A stretch of 58,727 bases of DNA, the filler included, from Sphacelaria rigidula (lineage: Eukaryota): the NCBI GenBank assembly GCA_964200075.2. It is 6 parts of 6 records of this genome, joined end to end, with 100 filler letters (N's around TTAATTAATTAA, not from the genome) between each part and the next. Parts side by side here need not be neighbours in the genome. Positions count along the whole stretch, not along the records: positions 29,416 to 39,119 come from CAXNAA020007928.1; positions 39,220 to 48,923 come from CAXNAA020007929.1; positions 49,024 to 58,727 come from CAXNAA020007930.1; 3 more parts are not named here. One strand, 5' to 3'. The notes beneath the pieces are model-generated. The model was not told the origin of the DNA. It saw only the letters and a list, made by a program, of their open reading frames with translations, and ran no database searches. The position numbers and the translations under genes were made by a program. This document shows, piece by piece, positions 37,035-49,578 of the stretch. Position 1 is the first letter of the stretch, and every line of letters starts with the position of its first letter.

Positions 37035-37290
37035 GAGTCATGCTACGGTAGACGGGGGGGTATTAGAGACCTTTTTTTCCACAAAATTTCACTTAGAATC
37101 GTGGTTGAAAGCAGCATGGGCTGTTCGAACGCGCTTGATATACCAACAGGTAACATTCATTCACAATGGTTGACGCCGGTGTTACACACATACAAGGGCA
37201 CCGCGAGTGTGTTTTTACTAGGTCGTCTGACACACCTTTGAGCCCTTTGTTTTCGTGGAACCGTGCCCCCCCCCTGTCGTAGCATGACTA
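37035..37290. mobile_element. Sola2-like MITE, same family as 17391-17642
   Basis: gagtcatgctacggtag ... ctgtcgtagcatgacta; interior shares gttgaaag.agca, caccgcgagtgtg and ggtcgtctgacacac; TSD not preserved. Confidence 0.8.
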
Positions 37291-39119
37291 GTTCATGCTT
37301 ATTATTTTCAGGATGGAGTAGTGAAAATAACGGTAATGATAATCTTATTAATGGTACAAATAATAACATGACGAATAGTATCAACGACAGATCATTTCGA
37401 AAACGCTTTCCTTCTTGTTTCGACGTCGCTTCCTCTTTTACCATTACGTACAGCGTCTAATATACTTGATGTCTTCGACTCTCCCGGAAACTCGCATATA
37501 ATTCACTCATCGCTTTGATCTCTACATGCCGAACACTTCATGTCAGTAGAAAGGGATAAAAAAAAAACATTTGCCTAGAAAAAGGTATATCTACTCGTTT
37601 CTCGCCCAAGGAAGGTACGAAAACAGACCAGAAATGCGACGAATAAAAATGTACAATCTACACCGTTTTCGCCCCGAAGTTGTCACGCACATCAAGTTGG
37701 CGGCTCCTTCGCACCCGGGCTTCGAAAAAAGCAGGGGGGGAAATGTTACTCGCGATATACGGTCATGCGCAGAAGAACGTCTTGCCTCCAGAAACCACTT
37801 TCCCTTCCTAGGCCAAATATCCGCCAGGTATACCTGATCCAGGACTCCATTTTTAATCGTAATTTTTGTGGGCTACCAGTCAGCCGAGAAAGTCGTACCT
37901 GTCCTGGGCCATCGCTTGCTACACTGTACCTGGTACGGCACACTGCGCGCAAACATTTCAACTCCAACCATGACGCCCACACATTCGGCTCTTTCTTCGT
38001 TCATTCGCCATTCACGGACGCCACGGGACGCCACAACGACCACGCCTCTTTCTCCCCGGAAATGGTTCCCGAGTCTCTCCGCATCCACACAAGAACTGGA
38101 CTCACAACTCACAACGCGTCGGTCTTTTGTGCTTGCGGGGCGTTATGTAATATCGTGTTGTTGCGATCTCGGGGTGGTGTCAGAGTCAAGCTATAGGCTC
38201 TTCCGTCCCTAACGGACGGTTATCACATCATCGATGGTTGGTCGAAGGAAAGGATCAGAACCGTCACGCATCTATAAATAGGAACAGTGCAGTAATAGCG
38301 TTCAGCCCTACAGATGAACATGCGCCCAACAGAAACACCCAGGGAACACACCCATCACATCTATCTGGATCGTGCGTAACAATCACCAAACGAGGAACCA
38401 CAAGTTCGGATCCGCATCTTATGGTCTACACTAACACCAAAGTATTTATATTCAACAACCGTTGATTCGTTCATTGGGCCGAACTAAGATAAGAGACTAC
38501 CACATTAAAGCGATGTCCTGTACAATTTTTGCCGCTGTGACCCGGTGGTCTAAATTAAAAACGGTACATCAGCAGCCGGTTACTGTACCGGAGGTGTAGG
38601 GATTGCGGGTTCAATTCTCGGTGGACACATGGAAGAGGTAAGTGTATGAACTTTCCAGCGCTGAACACATGCGGACGTGGGCGAGTTGTCGTCACATTAA
38701 CAAAACAAAATACGAGGACGTGAGTACAGTAGCATACGGCGTTTATTTGACGACGGGTCGACCCGTTGCGGGAGTGATGGTCATGATCCAACTCGCGATA
38801 TCAACATCTAGGACGTGTGACGGGGGAGGGATAGCATTTTGATCCTTTGAGGCCATGAACTCGTTGCTAGGATGGGGAGGAGTCGGAGGTGTGAGGGGAG
38901 AATGAAAAGTACTCCCGGCCTTGAAAGAGATTGTCATGGTTGAGCAACTTGTCGCTGCATCAATCAACATTACACGGTTAGGACAAATCAAGATTTATAC
39001 GAGTTGACTCCCGATGAACGTCCGAGGATAAGTCGTGGATGTTTGGGTCATCCTTCAAGTCACGGGGGGTATGAAGTTGTGTACTCAAGGTCATGCACGA
39101 GTAACGAGGTGGACATCTT

Positions 39120-39219
39120 NNNNNNNNNNNNNNNNNNNNNNNNNNNNNNNNNNNNNNNNNNNNTTAATTAATTAANNNNNNNNNNNNNNNNNNNNNNNNN
39201 NNNNNNNNNNNNNNNNNNN
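39120..39219. other. Artificial scaffold-joining linker
   Basis: Same 100-bp structure. Confidence 0.99.
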
Positions 39220-39311
39220 AGAAGGGAAACAATCACCCCCAAAAAACATTTTCAACAAAACGCCCTGCGATTTATCACAGCGATATCACCCCCCCCCCCC
39301 CTCCTTAAAAC

Positions 39312-39479
39312 GTCCCTTGGGCTGGCTGGCGTCCTTTTGCAACAACGCTGTGAAAAACGCGCGACACTCATTACGCAAGCTGGGCAACCAGGTTTGTATG
39401 TTTAATTTTTGTGCTTGCGTTCTTGTTTCAGGTATCCATGATGGTGGTCGAGCTAGATCGTGTTGTGCGCGGGGTGGAG

Positions 39480-39513
<34 letters not shown>

Positions 39514-40015
39514 AGTGACGCCGCCGACCCTGCTTCGGCATCTTTGCCTCTCAAAAATTGCCCGCTAGNNNNNNNNNNGACTGTGGTCCTTCCCGCTTCC
39601 CAAAAACATATTTCAAAAAACCCCCCCCCCCTTTTTCACCCCAAACCCCCCCCCCCCCCCCCCCCCCCCTCCCCCGCACAAGGGGGATGATCGTATAACG
39701 TCGTGTTTAAATGTTGAGACATCCATGAGGAAGTGTAACCTTGGCTGTAACTTGAAGTGGTGGTGCCAGCAAATGAAGCCACTCATTGTAGGAAAATCAC
39801 CCACAGGCAAGATAATAAGTGCGCTTCGGGCCGAACATTCTTGGCAGAGATACAACTCACTCTTCATGCAACTCGCCGACCACATCACGGCGCTTCGAGC
39901 TCGGTGGTTCATTTTTGCGAACCTGGTCCGGCGGAAACCCGGCGTGCTCCATCCCAGCTTTGTAGGGACGCGAGGTCAAAAGTCTCATGACTACGGCATG
40001 CAAGATCATGAGTAC
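39312..40015 (+). mobile_element. C-tract-associated retroposon, longest copy (about 510 bp excluding the C-run/gap block 39484-39673)
   Basis: Colinear with the 29416-29700, 48780-48923 and 9498-9623 copies; C runs at 39289-39301 and 40017-40028. Confidence 0.8.
39569..39578. other. Internal 10-N assembly gap between long C homopolymers
   Basis: 10 N flanked by C runs at about 39482-39513 and 39646-39675; local sequence is probably unreliable. Confidence 0.9.
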
Positions 40016-41439
40016 ACCCCCCCCCCCCGAAAATATTCACAAACAAATATTTTCCGGTGTCTTGAAGTTACATGCAAGTGAAACAGGTCGCATCAGAAGA
40101 GCAACAACAGTAGTATGTCTTTACCTCGAAGTTCCCGGTATCTTCAACCGTAAAAGTACAGTCTGTGAAAAACACCAATAATCTCGAGTTCTAGATACGT
40201 CCATAAAAAAAGACGGCCCCAGAAGTACGACTGGCGGCCCAGTGCCTTTTTTGTACTCTGTACGGGGGTTCGGTCGATCTTGTTGGAAAGGCAAAGACTA
40301 CGGTGTGACGTGGACTGACACGAAGTAAGGCTGAGGCTTCCCCTTGCCTCCCCATTAGAGGTATCTCAAACTCGAGGTTCCTGACAGATGTATGTGACTG
40401 TAAATTACTGTGAAATATACCGGGAATCTCGAGTTTGAGATACTTCTATTGACCCTCAGACCGCGAGGGTAGTCCATCTGGACCGTGCATCTTTCCAGTT
40501 GAATTGATGCAGATCAGCAGATGACCTACACTCCACGTTGTCTAAGGGTTAAGAAACATGACAATTACCCGGACGGGGAAAGATATTTGACGGCAATTTT
40601 TAGACGGACAGTTACCCAATGCCCCTGCTGTCAAGATCTCAACGCGACTCGGGTCAACCCTTTGACCGCGCGCCAGGGTGGTTCACCCGCCTTCCGGTAT
40701 AAATTCCACATGAAAAAAAGGTATCTTATACTCGAGGCTCCCGGTATGCTGTAGTTGACTGAAAATTACTGCTGAATATATTGGGAGCCTCGAGTCCGAG
40801 GATACCTCCAAAAGTACATGTAAGACCCGGGCGACTCACCCTGACGATCAGAGGGTTCAATTCAAACACTTGGGTGACACACAATCACGACGCGTTCGAT
40901 TCTTTCACACGGTCAACACCTGCCTTGTGTTGACACGATTTTGGCACGCCTTTTCTCGGAATATCGAATATTCCACGGGGTGCCATGAAACAACACACCA
41001 CCTATCATCGTGTGCAGTAGATGAGCAAGGGTTAACGCCCGATGAGCAATTATGCCCTTGCATTGTGGACGTCTGAAGGCGCATGTTTCGACTCTGCTGT
41101 GTTGGTGACCAAAACCATCTGGTGGTGCTACAAGGTCAGATGTTCACATCAATTTATTTATTCGGATCTGTGCTCAGTCCGAAGGAAAATCGTGCTGGGG
41201 GAGACAACGGAAAACCCTTCGCGCGCAAGATGATCCTCGCGAAATATAGCGTGTTTTTGTCAATATATTTTGACGGGTTGTGCCAGTTGTCGCCACTGCA
41301 CTAGTGATACCTCAAAACTCAAGGTTCCCGGTATATTGGAGAGTAGTAATTTACAGTCCAACATACCGGGAACTTCGAGTGTGAGATGTGCCTCTGCGAT
41401 TCACGAAAAACACAGACGGCGAGGTCGTCAGCGAGAGGT

Positions 41440-41441
<2 letters not shown>

Positions 41442-41502
<61 letters not shown>
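41442..41502. repeat. (GT)30 microsatellite
   Basis: Perfect dinucleotide run. Confidence 0.99.
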
Positions 41503-41503
<1 letters not shown>

Positions 41504-42940
41504 ACGGTGAAAGTACGACGACCGGAGGGACACGTTTCAAGTTCAAGGTTCGTGTAAATGCAGCAGCGTTCACGTTCATCAGCCTGACCAACACAACAAC
41601 ATGTTGAACCCGTTTTTTTCTCATGTTGTGCCGAGTGCGCTGCGAGGCACACGCCCGAAGGGTACTTACCTTTTCCTCGGGGGAATGAGGCAACGTGTAG
41701 GTCCCCCAAAAGTATGAGACGCCACTTGATACCGCGCTGGCGCACAGGCTACACGGATTAAGTTGGGGTTCGCTGAATGAACTGTACAGCAAGTTCTCAC
41801 CGTAGGATTTAACTTTCGATGCTCGAGATGGCCAGCTTCACCATGGAGATGAAATTATATTCTTGATTCATGATGGCCAGCCGCGGCCGAAGAGATCATT
41901 TTTTTTGTTTTTGTTATTTGCACAGATGGTCGGGATGTGAAACAGCTATCACATGTGTATATGCTCGTACACTTATTACACTTACAAAGTTACGGCACGG
42001 CACTTCATCATATCTACTGGTGGAGGGAATAAATAGATGCTGCACCAAGATGGCCGCAATGGCTGCACGAGTCTTTCCCTCGGGTCCCTTCAAGTGCAAC
42101 ATCAAGTATAACATCAGCAACAACTGTTACTGTTCGTATCGCAGTTTGTATGAAGTACTTACTATTGACTGCATAATAGTTCTTCCTTCTTTTCAAATGT
42201 CGGCTCTGCGGGCACGTACGGTAGGTAAATGGTATGCACAACGCACAGCCGCGGAACCTGATTATGTTAGCTGTAGTATAGAACGGTACACTAAAAGCCG
42301 CAGAACTGCCCATGACCGTACACTACGGTATGTAACAGAGGTGGAACGCATGGGTGCGCCTCAACGAAGACACTTTTCACTCTCAAGAGCGCGGGCGAAT
42401 GGCAAGATCTCGAGGCGAAAACACGGGTTCCGCCGTTTCATCAGCGTGTTCGACTGAAACCCACATCTTTTGCATTGTTCTTGTGCAGCAACAATGAATC
42501 TACTCTGAATCGAACCTTAATCTGGACCTGATTAACCTGTGATCCCAGGCTGAACTCTCTTCTTCTTTGTTTCCCTGTCACACTTAACGCCTACCCTTCC
42601 TCATGACAACGTTCGTGGGGCAGTCCGCGGTGTCGAGGGAGCAGCCCATGCCTCCCTCAATATGGTGCATCTCTTATATTTTGGTACAATCATTTGGATC
42701 AACCCAGCCGCATGGCGTCGACTATCGTCTGAAACAACCTCAGCCAATCACACTTTTATTGCTATTATCGCGTCCTTACGCCTTCAAAAACGGAGAGATC
42801 AGATTCTTTCGACAAACAAAAGGCAGACCAGGTGCGTCTGGCGGGAATTGAAGCCGCGTTTTCCCCGCCCTACCGACTGTAATAGTGGTGGGATAACCGT
42901 TCGTTCGACCACCGGGACGCGGCGTACGTACGCATGGAAA

Positions 42941-43452
42941 TGGACAGAATGATCTACAGTAAGAGTCGGGCGAATTGATGTTTCATCTGGATGTTACTTG
43001 ATTTAAGTGAACTTGATTCGTACCGTGCGAATCAATCCCTACGCTTTGTTTTCAGCGTTACACCCCAGCTATACGCGCAGCCCAGGCACGTGGAATGGCG
43101 CAAAAACAAACGGACACAATGATCTCAGAGTCGGGCGAATTGGTGTTTCATCTGGACATTACTTGATTTTAGTGTACTTGATTCGTACCGTGCGAATCAA
43201 TCCCTACGGTTTGTGTTCAGTGTTGGACCACTGCTACGCGCAGCCCAGGCACATGTAATGGCGCAAAAACAAACGGACACAATGATTTAATAATCGGGCG
43301 AATTGGTATTTCATCTGGATATTAATTGATTTTAGTGCATTTGATTCGTGCCGTGCGAATCAAAATCCCTAGGCTTTGTTTTCAGCGCTGCATTCCAGCT
43401 ACGCGCGGCCCAGGCAAGTGGAATGGCGCAAAAACATACAGACAGGATGATC
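42941..43452. repeat. ~164-bp tandem repeat, 3 copies
   Basis: tcgggcgaatt at 42966, 43131 and 43294; colinear units. Confidence 0.95.
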
Positions 43453-46099
43453 GTGTCCCTCCAAACCCGGCCGTTCGTTCGATCTCAGGGGTAGAGCCAG
43501 GTTCAGAGTGCAATTGTAATTTCGTTCAGAGGGTTTGGGCATCAGTGTAGGAAGTGTCGGTTGTGAGGGTCAGGACACCGGATCAACCCCAGACACCCCG
43601 AAAGTACACTACAGTTGTATTGTTGAATAAGTTCGAGTTTTCACCATGTCGGCCAAGTAGGTTGACGCGAATGCAACTGACGTAAGGACAGCTGTACGAG
43701 ACCAACGCACAGCTGCTCACCGCCTCATCATCAATAGAGCTACAACAGTATCTCGAACTCGAGGTTTTCGGTAGATTCAACAGTGACTACTTGTTCAATA
43801 TAAGGGAAACCTCGAGCTGGAGACTCCAATGGATACACCCAAAACATTTTTGCGTCGAAGCACAGCGCCTTCAGCCCTTCTCGTGACTGCATGAGAAGAC
43901 TTCGCCATCCCGTCATTATGAACATGGTGGAGCAGATGCCTGTACTCAACACATGTTCAGCGGGTTTCACAGCAGCTGCACGAACCAACAACAACAGTTG
44001 CCGGACTGCATCCACGTTCTCGGTTTCAATGAAAGAAACGGGTGAACTGTAACGAATCGCCTGTGTTGACCAGCCAGTAACAACGTCCACGTTGAGCCCA
44101 CATCTATCCACCGTGCAGGTCACGTGTATCCGCAGGTATCAGCGCGGATCAAACGAGGGGCATTTCGTATTATTGTCAGCACAGCTAGGTGGTCAAGATG
44201 CGCATACAATATCAAAAGTTCACTAAAATCAGTTCCGAATCCTTTTCGAATCATGTCGTGCATTCAAAGCGTGACACTCCGCACGTTCGTCCCATAGGTA
44301 TTGCACGCTTTGACGCCGGTGACGGCTAAGTAAAGAGTCGCCATGTGAGTTTCATGCACACACATATACACGAGGTACTGAAAGTAGCGGAGGAGAACAG
44401 AATCGCCAATTGAACTGCTGCACAACGATTGCCTCGAGTGAACCTGCTGAACGAAAACAACTGCCGCGTCGGAAAAGCAGTGCAGTGATCAACAAGATAA
44501 GGATCCCTTCAGGGCTGGTTGCCGTTATGGCGGCAAAGAAAGAATTACCACAGAAAAAAACTACAGGAGACTCAATGCGTCTGGTCTCTTCGGATTTTTC
44601 TGTATACCTGGTGTTGCAGACAACGACCGGACATACGTCACAGGTACTGTTGTACTACAGATGGGAAGCTATCAGCAAACCGCATCCTTCTCTACCCTGG
44701 CGTACTGCTGCTGCATATGCATCGCCGAATAACATCCTGTTCGAATATGCGACAACCACATCGGAGTTTCGTCGCTGCTCTAGTTTGCACGAGCATGATG
44801 CAAGATCGAAATACACAGGCACCACATGTACTGACTGTGTGAATAAAGAAGATTTATGGTGTCTCATCCTGTATTTTGTTGCAGATTTTTGTTGCAGCGC
44901 CTGGATATTCAAACATTGCCTGTACGAACGTTTCGTTATCACAGCATCTATCCAAGAGAGATATAGGTGCGAATCACAGTAGCGTCACCACCGACATCCC
45001 CTTGAAAGGCTTGATTGGATAAACGCCGTTGCTGCTTGTCTCGACATCCATTCATCTCGACAGACCCCTCTGGGTTACACTATATGTTATCGGTCGGTCA
45101 TGAGGTCATCAGTTGAACTTCGAAAAAAAACTCGTGTAGCAATTTGTGTTTTCTGTACAGCAAGCTGAACACGCACAGGCTCCGTTGCCGTCTGTCTGTA
45201 CGGTGCCGTACGGTACCACACTCTTGTACTCTGTTGTGCGTAGTGCTCCGGAGAGCTGTGCTGATGTTGTTCAGGTATCAACTGGGTAGTAAGGCAATGA
45301 ATGCAGCGGTAGAAAATCGCTACGCATACGAGGCGAGGCGGTGGGGCGGTTGGGCGACGGGGATTGCTCAACAGAGAGCTGCCCGTTTTTTCAAGACTCG
45401 TGTTGACCTAGATGAAAGTATTGACTAAAGTTGCCATGGATATCCACCGAGAAAGATCGTTCTGCGAAGCACCACATGGCAGCAGCAGCCGCTCGCAGCA
45501 CACTGCGTACTTTATATCTTGTCGATCTCTCGTTTAACTAAATCATTGTATCAAACACCCACCTGGATTTTCTCGATGTCTTCTAATTGCGCCGTAAGCT
45601 ATCTCTGCACTGTTGATCTGACGGGCCGCTGTGCTGTGGGTACCATACGGTGCTGTGGAACCAGTGCAAATCTGCAGTGACGTCTGATTATTGGGTCTCG
45701 GTGTGCGGGGCAATTACAGCTGATCAGACCCGCAGTTCAACTAGCTCGTACGGACGCGGGTTTCCCCATCAGATCCAACCGCGAACTAGACAATTTTCTT
45801 CGTAGTACTGGGTTGTGTGTACGGCCGCGCAACATTTTTTTTCGCGGAAACGTGTGCTGCAGCTGTCTGCGTGAGTGGGCGACGGGCTGTTATGTGAAGA
45901 AAGAACATCAAAACACAATATATCACGTCGATTTGACCGCTGCTGCTGCTGTCGTCTCTTCCCTATTATTTCTGTTGTGCACAAAAAGGTATAATAAGGC
46001 CGAGTCTTATTTACTGCTCCCCGCTCGTGAAAGTCGGCGAATTGGTCGATGTATTCCTATTTTTTGGTGCAGATCTCAGACGATGTATTGGGTCGTGTA

Positions 46100-46482
46100 G
46101 GCACATTACTTTTCGATCGAAAATGTGCGGTGGAAAACAAAAATCCCGATTCGATCGGTCGTAATTTCAACCGTCGTCGAAAATTCCGAAGATGGTTGAG
46201 ATCACGACCTATCAGATCAGGATTTTTGTTTTTCCACCGCATATTTTCGATCGAAAAGTAATTTAAATTTGCCAAGGCCCTGTCTTAGAGTGTAGCTTAC
46301 AGCATGTCTTCGCACCTTTTTTATTCGATCGTAGAAGTGCGGTGGAAAACAGAAATCCTGATCTGATAGGTTCAACCATCGTCATTAACTTTGAAGATGA
46401 TTGGAATCACAATCGATCAGATCGGGATTTTTGTTCTCCACCGTACAACTCCGACCGAAACTAATGTGCTGAAGACACGGGC
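46100..46482. mobile_element. Two adjacent palindromic Tourist/PIF-like MITEs
   Basis: About 46104-46262 and 46302-46482 each fold back (ttttcgatcgaaaa..tgcggtggaaaac / ttccaccgca..ttttcgatcgaaaa; tgtcttc / gaagaca). Confidence 0.7.
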
Positions 46483-46857
46483 TCATGGGCAAAAAATTGG
46501 ATGACGAAACGAAGAGAATTTCACCACACAAATCCGCCAGAATCACTCTCACCCTGACGGCGCGTTCTCGCCTTGCTTGTTGCCCCGTTGAAGAACGGGG
46601 TAACAGATGGGAGGACAGCAACACAGGCACACAGTCATCCACAAAAGAATGAACAGAAGTTTCGTGTTTGAATGAGAATTGAGAGCAGCAGCGGCTGGTT
46701 CGGCCAAAAGCTCAAACCATAAGAATGGATAATAATACAAAATACAGCAAGCGCGCACTGGATCGCTGGAGTGTGCAATAATAATGATCCTCTGGAATAT
46801 CATCCTATTATAATAATAGCAGCAGGAACAATTTTACTCTTCTCTCATTCTTATATA

Positions 46858-47047
46858 GGCCGTGCCTTATCAAATTGTTTTGGTGTCGAAAACGTGCGGT
46901 GGAATCGAATTCGCTCGTTTCTGATTCGTCCACGCTACTAATTTTCTCACATGGTTGAGAAAATGAATGCCGTGGAAGCATCAGGTACGAGCAAATTTGA
47001 TTCCACCGTACGTTTTCGGGTAAAAAACAATGTGATAAAACATGGCC
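46858..47047. mobile_element. Tourist/PIF-like MITE
   Basis: GGCCGTG...CATGGCC termini with extended inverted arms; ATA/TTA flanks, close to the TWA TSD of PIF/Harbinger. Confidence 0.7.
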
Positions 47048-47226
47048 TTAGCCCTTCAACCGCAAGGGTAGGTCACCTACTGAATCGATATCAATCTCAC
47101 TTGAGGAAAGTGTGCGTCATCCAGGTGGACTACCCGTCGCGACAAAAGGGTCAAGGCGCGTTTCAAACATTTAGCACCTCTTCTTTTCTTCTTTTCTTTT
47201 TCCCATCCATCATCCCAAAAGCAAAA

Positions 47227-47656
47227 AACACGGGATTTTACAGATTAGGGATGGATCTTTTATTGGGGATGACAACCCGAAGAATTAAAATCTTCGTATC
47301 CACACCAAATTTTCGAAGTATGTTTCCTGTTCTCCACTTGCTGGTAGCTATTGACAACCACTACACGCCATAAATGTTTGGATTTCGATAACCGAAATAT
47401 CGGGGTTCCAGGTGAAAACCATTTTGGGGGGATTTTAGGTGTCCGATCGGACGCCAAAATTGGTTCTTCACATAGGACCCCGACATCTCGGCTATCGAAA
47501 TCCAAATTTGTATGGCCTGTAGTAGTTGTTAATATCTACCAGCAAGTGAAGAAATGAAAGCATACTTCGAAGATTTGGTGTGGAGACGAAGATTTTCATT
47601 CTCCGGGTTTTCATCCCGAATAAACGATCCATCCCCAGTTTGTCGAGTCCCGTGTT
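47227..47656. mobile_element. Long-TIR foldback MITE, same family as 10215-10640
   Basis: aacacgggattttacagattagggatgg ... ccatccccagtttgtcgagtcccgtgtt; full-length homology to the first copy. Confidence 0.85.
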
Positions 47657-48102
47657 GACAGCAAAATTGCCTAGCTGAACATGCAAATTATTCCTGTACA
47701 TGAAGCAGTTTTTGACATTCTCAACGCTGATCGTGAGCAGTTTTGAAAAACTCCGACCCGCTTCCAACACCAAAACGGTTCTTGCAAAGATTCCTGTCCC
47801 CGAAGATGGAAACCCCGCGAGAAAATAATTCCACTAATTTTCACCACGAGTCACGAGCCTTACAAAATCCAAACCATTCAAATAGCGGATACATTTCATA
47901 CGACTCTCCCCCACAACAAAAAACCAGCCACCACATCTCCTCTTTCCACTATCAGCATGAACAAAATGTCAGGGTTGACAAACAAGGAAATAGACGACAC
48001 AATCGTTCCGCTCAAACCGATCAAGCATCGTTCACCTAGAAAGTAAAAGCACAACTTTACGCGCCACTCTCCACCGCAAGATTTTTACTCCCTTCCCCCC
48101 CC

Positions 48103-48171
48103 GTCCGTCCCGGGTTTGTGGGGGTACGACGTCAATGGTCTCATGACTTTGGCATGCATGATCATGAGTAC
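48103..48171 (+). mobile_element. C-tract-associated retroposon, 5'-truncated copy with 19-bp TSD
   Basis: Ends gtcaatggtctcatgactttggcatgcatgatcatgagtac; flanks 48087-48105 and 48172-48190 match at 16 of 19 positions. Confidence 0.8.
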
Positions 48172-48779
48172 ACCCCCCTCCCCACCCGTCTCCCTCGCGC
48201 CACATTCCCGCGGCAACCAAACTGGCGAGGAATTTTACATGGTGAAGCATCCTTTAGTCCAATGATCTTTTCACGCGCAAATATATGAATACACAAAGAC
48301 AAACACACACCAAGATTACTATGACACACATAGTATTGCAAACCCACACAACGCGGCACACGTCCAGCCAAACGCCCCATTGCGTTGCGAAAAACAACAC
48401 AATTTCGTACACTCTAAATAAAATGGCAGTACTGTAGATTACATTGGCAAAAAGGGTGCCGCGTACAGTACCGAGTCTGCTGGATATGATGGCGAAAAAA
48501 AAGGGAGTGCCGCGTACTATATCGAATCTATTGCATATGATCGCAAATACTCGTGCACAACATATTCGATGCCGTTACACGGTAACCTTTGGGACAGTAT
48601 TTTCTACTGTCATTATCCAAGATGCGCACAATCTAACCAATACCGACCGCGGGAGGTGTACCACATCAACAATATCAAAACAGAGCACAGTAATGATTTT
48701 ATTCACGCCCCGTTCCTGTGCTCTGTCAGCACCTTCTCATGACGCCCCCGAGTCTTCTACAGCCCCTCCTCCCCCCTTC

Positions 48780-48923
48780 GGTGAGACACCCATGAGGCAG
48801 CGTATAACGCGTGGCTGTCTCTGGAAGCGGCGATACCAGAAAATAAAGCAACTCATTGGAGGCTGACATCCATATGCAAGATAATCAGTAGGCTTCGGGC
48901 CGAACAATCTTCGCAGGGTGCAG
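48780..48923 (+). mobile_element. C-tract-associated retroposon, middle part (cut by scaffold end)
   Basis: Aligns to 39714-39855; preceded by C-rich tract 48764-48776. Confidence 0.75.
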
Positions 48924-49023
48924 NNNNNNNNNNNNNNNNNNNNNNNNNNNNNNNNNNNNNNNNNNNNTTAATTAATTAANNNNNNNNNNNNNNNNNNNNN
49001 NNNNNNNNNNNNNNNNNNNNNNN
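48924..49023. other. Artificial scaffold-joining linker
   Basis: Same 100-bp structure. Confidence 0.99.
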
Positions 49024-49062
49024 TCAACGGTCAAACGAGTAAGGGAAGCAACAAATGAGTTC
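49024..49062 (+). mobile_element. C-tract-associated retroposon, 3' end (variant like 12352-12448)
   Basis: tcaacggtcaaacgagtaagggaagcaacaaatgagttc followed by a long C-rich tract. Confidence 0.65.
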
Positions 49063-49578
49063 CCCTTCCCCTCCCCCCCCCCTCCCCCCGCCCCCTGGGG
49101 GGCTTCGCATTTGTGTTTTTCATGATGTGCCCTCTTCGATCGGAATGAAATCCGACCCACCAAGTGGCCTCAGTGAAATGGGAAAGGAGGGATACACCAT
49201 CAAACTTCCAACCTCGACTTCTTCGTGCAGTCACTCTGATCCATGATTCGTAGCGCGAACGTTTTGTTCCCGACATCCTCAGCCGCACAACGGTACCGTT
49301 CATTCGTACTTTTGTAGAGAATACATATATATATATATATATAGATTTTGCTGTTGGGAATTTGGACTAAACATCATCATCGATAATGTCCCAAAAACCC
49401 CACCAATCACGTCGCTTCTGTGGACTGCCCCCTTCACCAACTTCTCGTGCCCATAAGCAAGACCTTCTTGTGTTGGTTTTTATTATTTTTTTATCGTGAT
49501 TGTAATCACCAACCCTTACGTTTCGGCGCACCGCCCCGTTCGTCAAGTTCTTGCGCCATAAACAAGGCGTCCTATGTG

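Larger units (their letters stand above)
40122..43828. repeat. Dispersed ~85-bp hairpin elements, five copies (about 40122-40198, 40356-40448, 40720-40808, 41306-41390, 43749-43828)
   Basis: Consensus gtatctcaaactcgaggttcccggta...taccgggaacctcgagtttgagatac. Confidence 0.8.

Noticed and set aside
39960-40030. C-tract family as Helitron 3' ends or as LTRs preceded by a polypurine tract
   Set aside because: Long TSDs and variable truncation of the other end fit neither; solo LTRs would not retain a PPT, and there is no CTRR terminus.
41270-41792. ORFs with VC/HT dipeptide runs
   Set aside because: These are translations of the (GT)30 microsatellite; the same applies to the poly-L/V/C/T ORFs at 32617-33204.
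40210-42100. Plus-strand exon candidates (41018-41134, 41416-41437, 41925-42092)
   Set aside because: In-frame stops, inconsistent phases and no recognisable product; possibly a relic, but unsupported.
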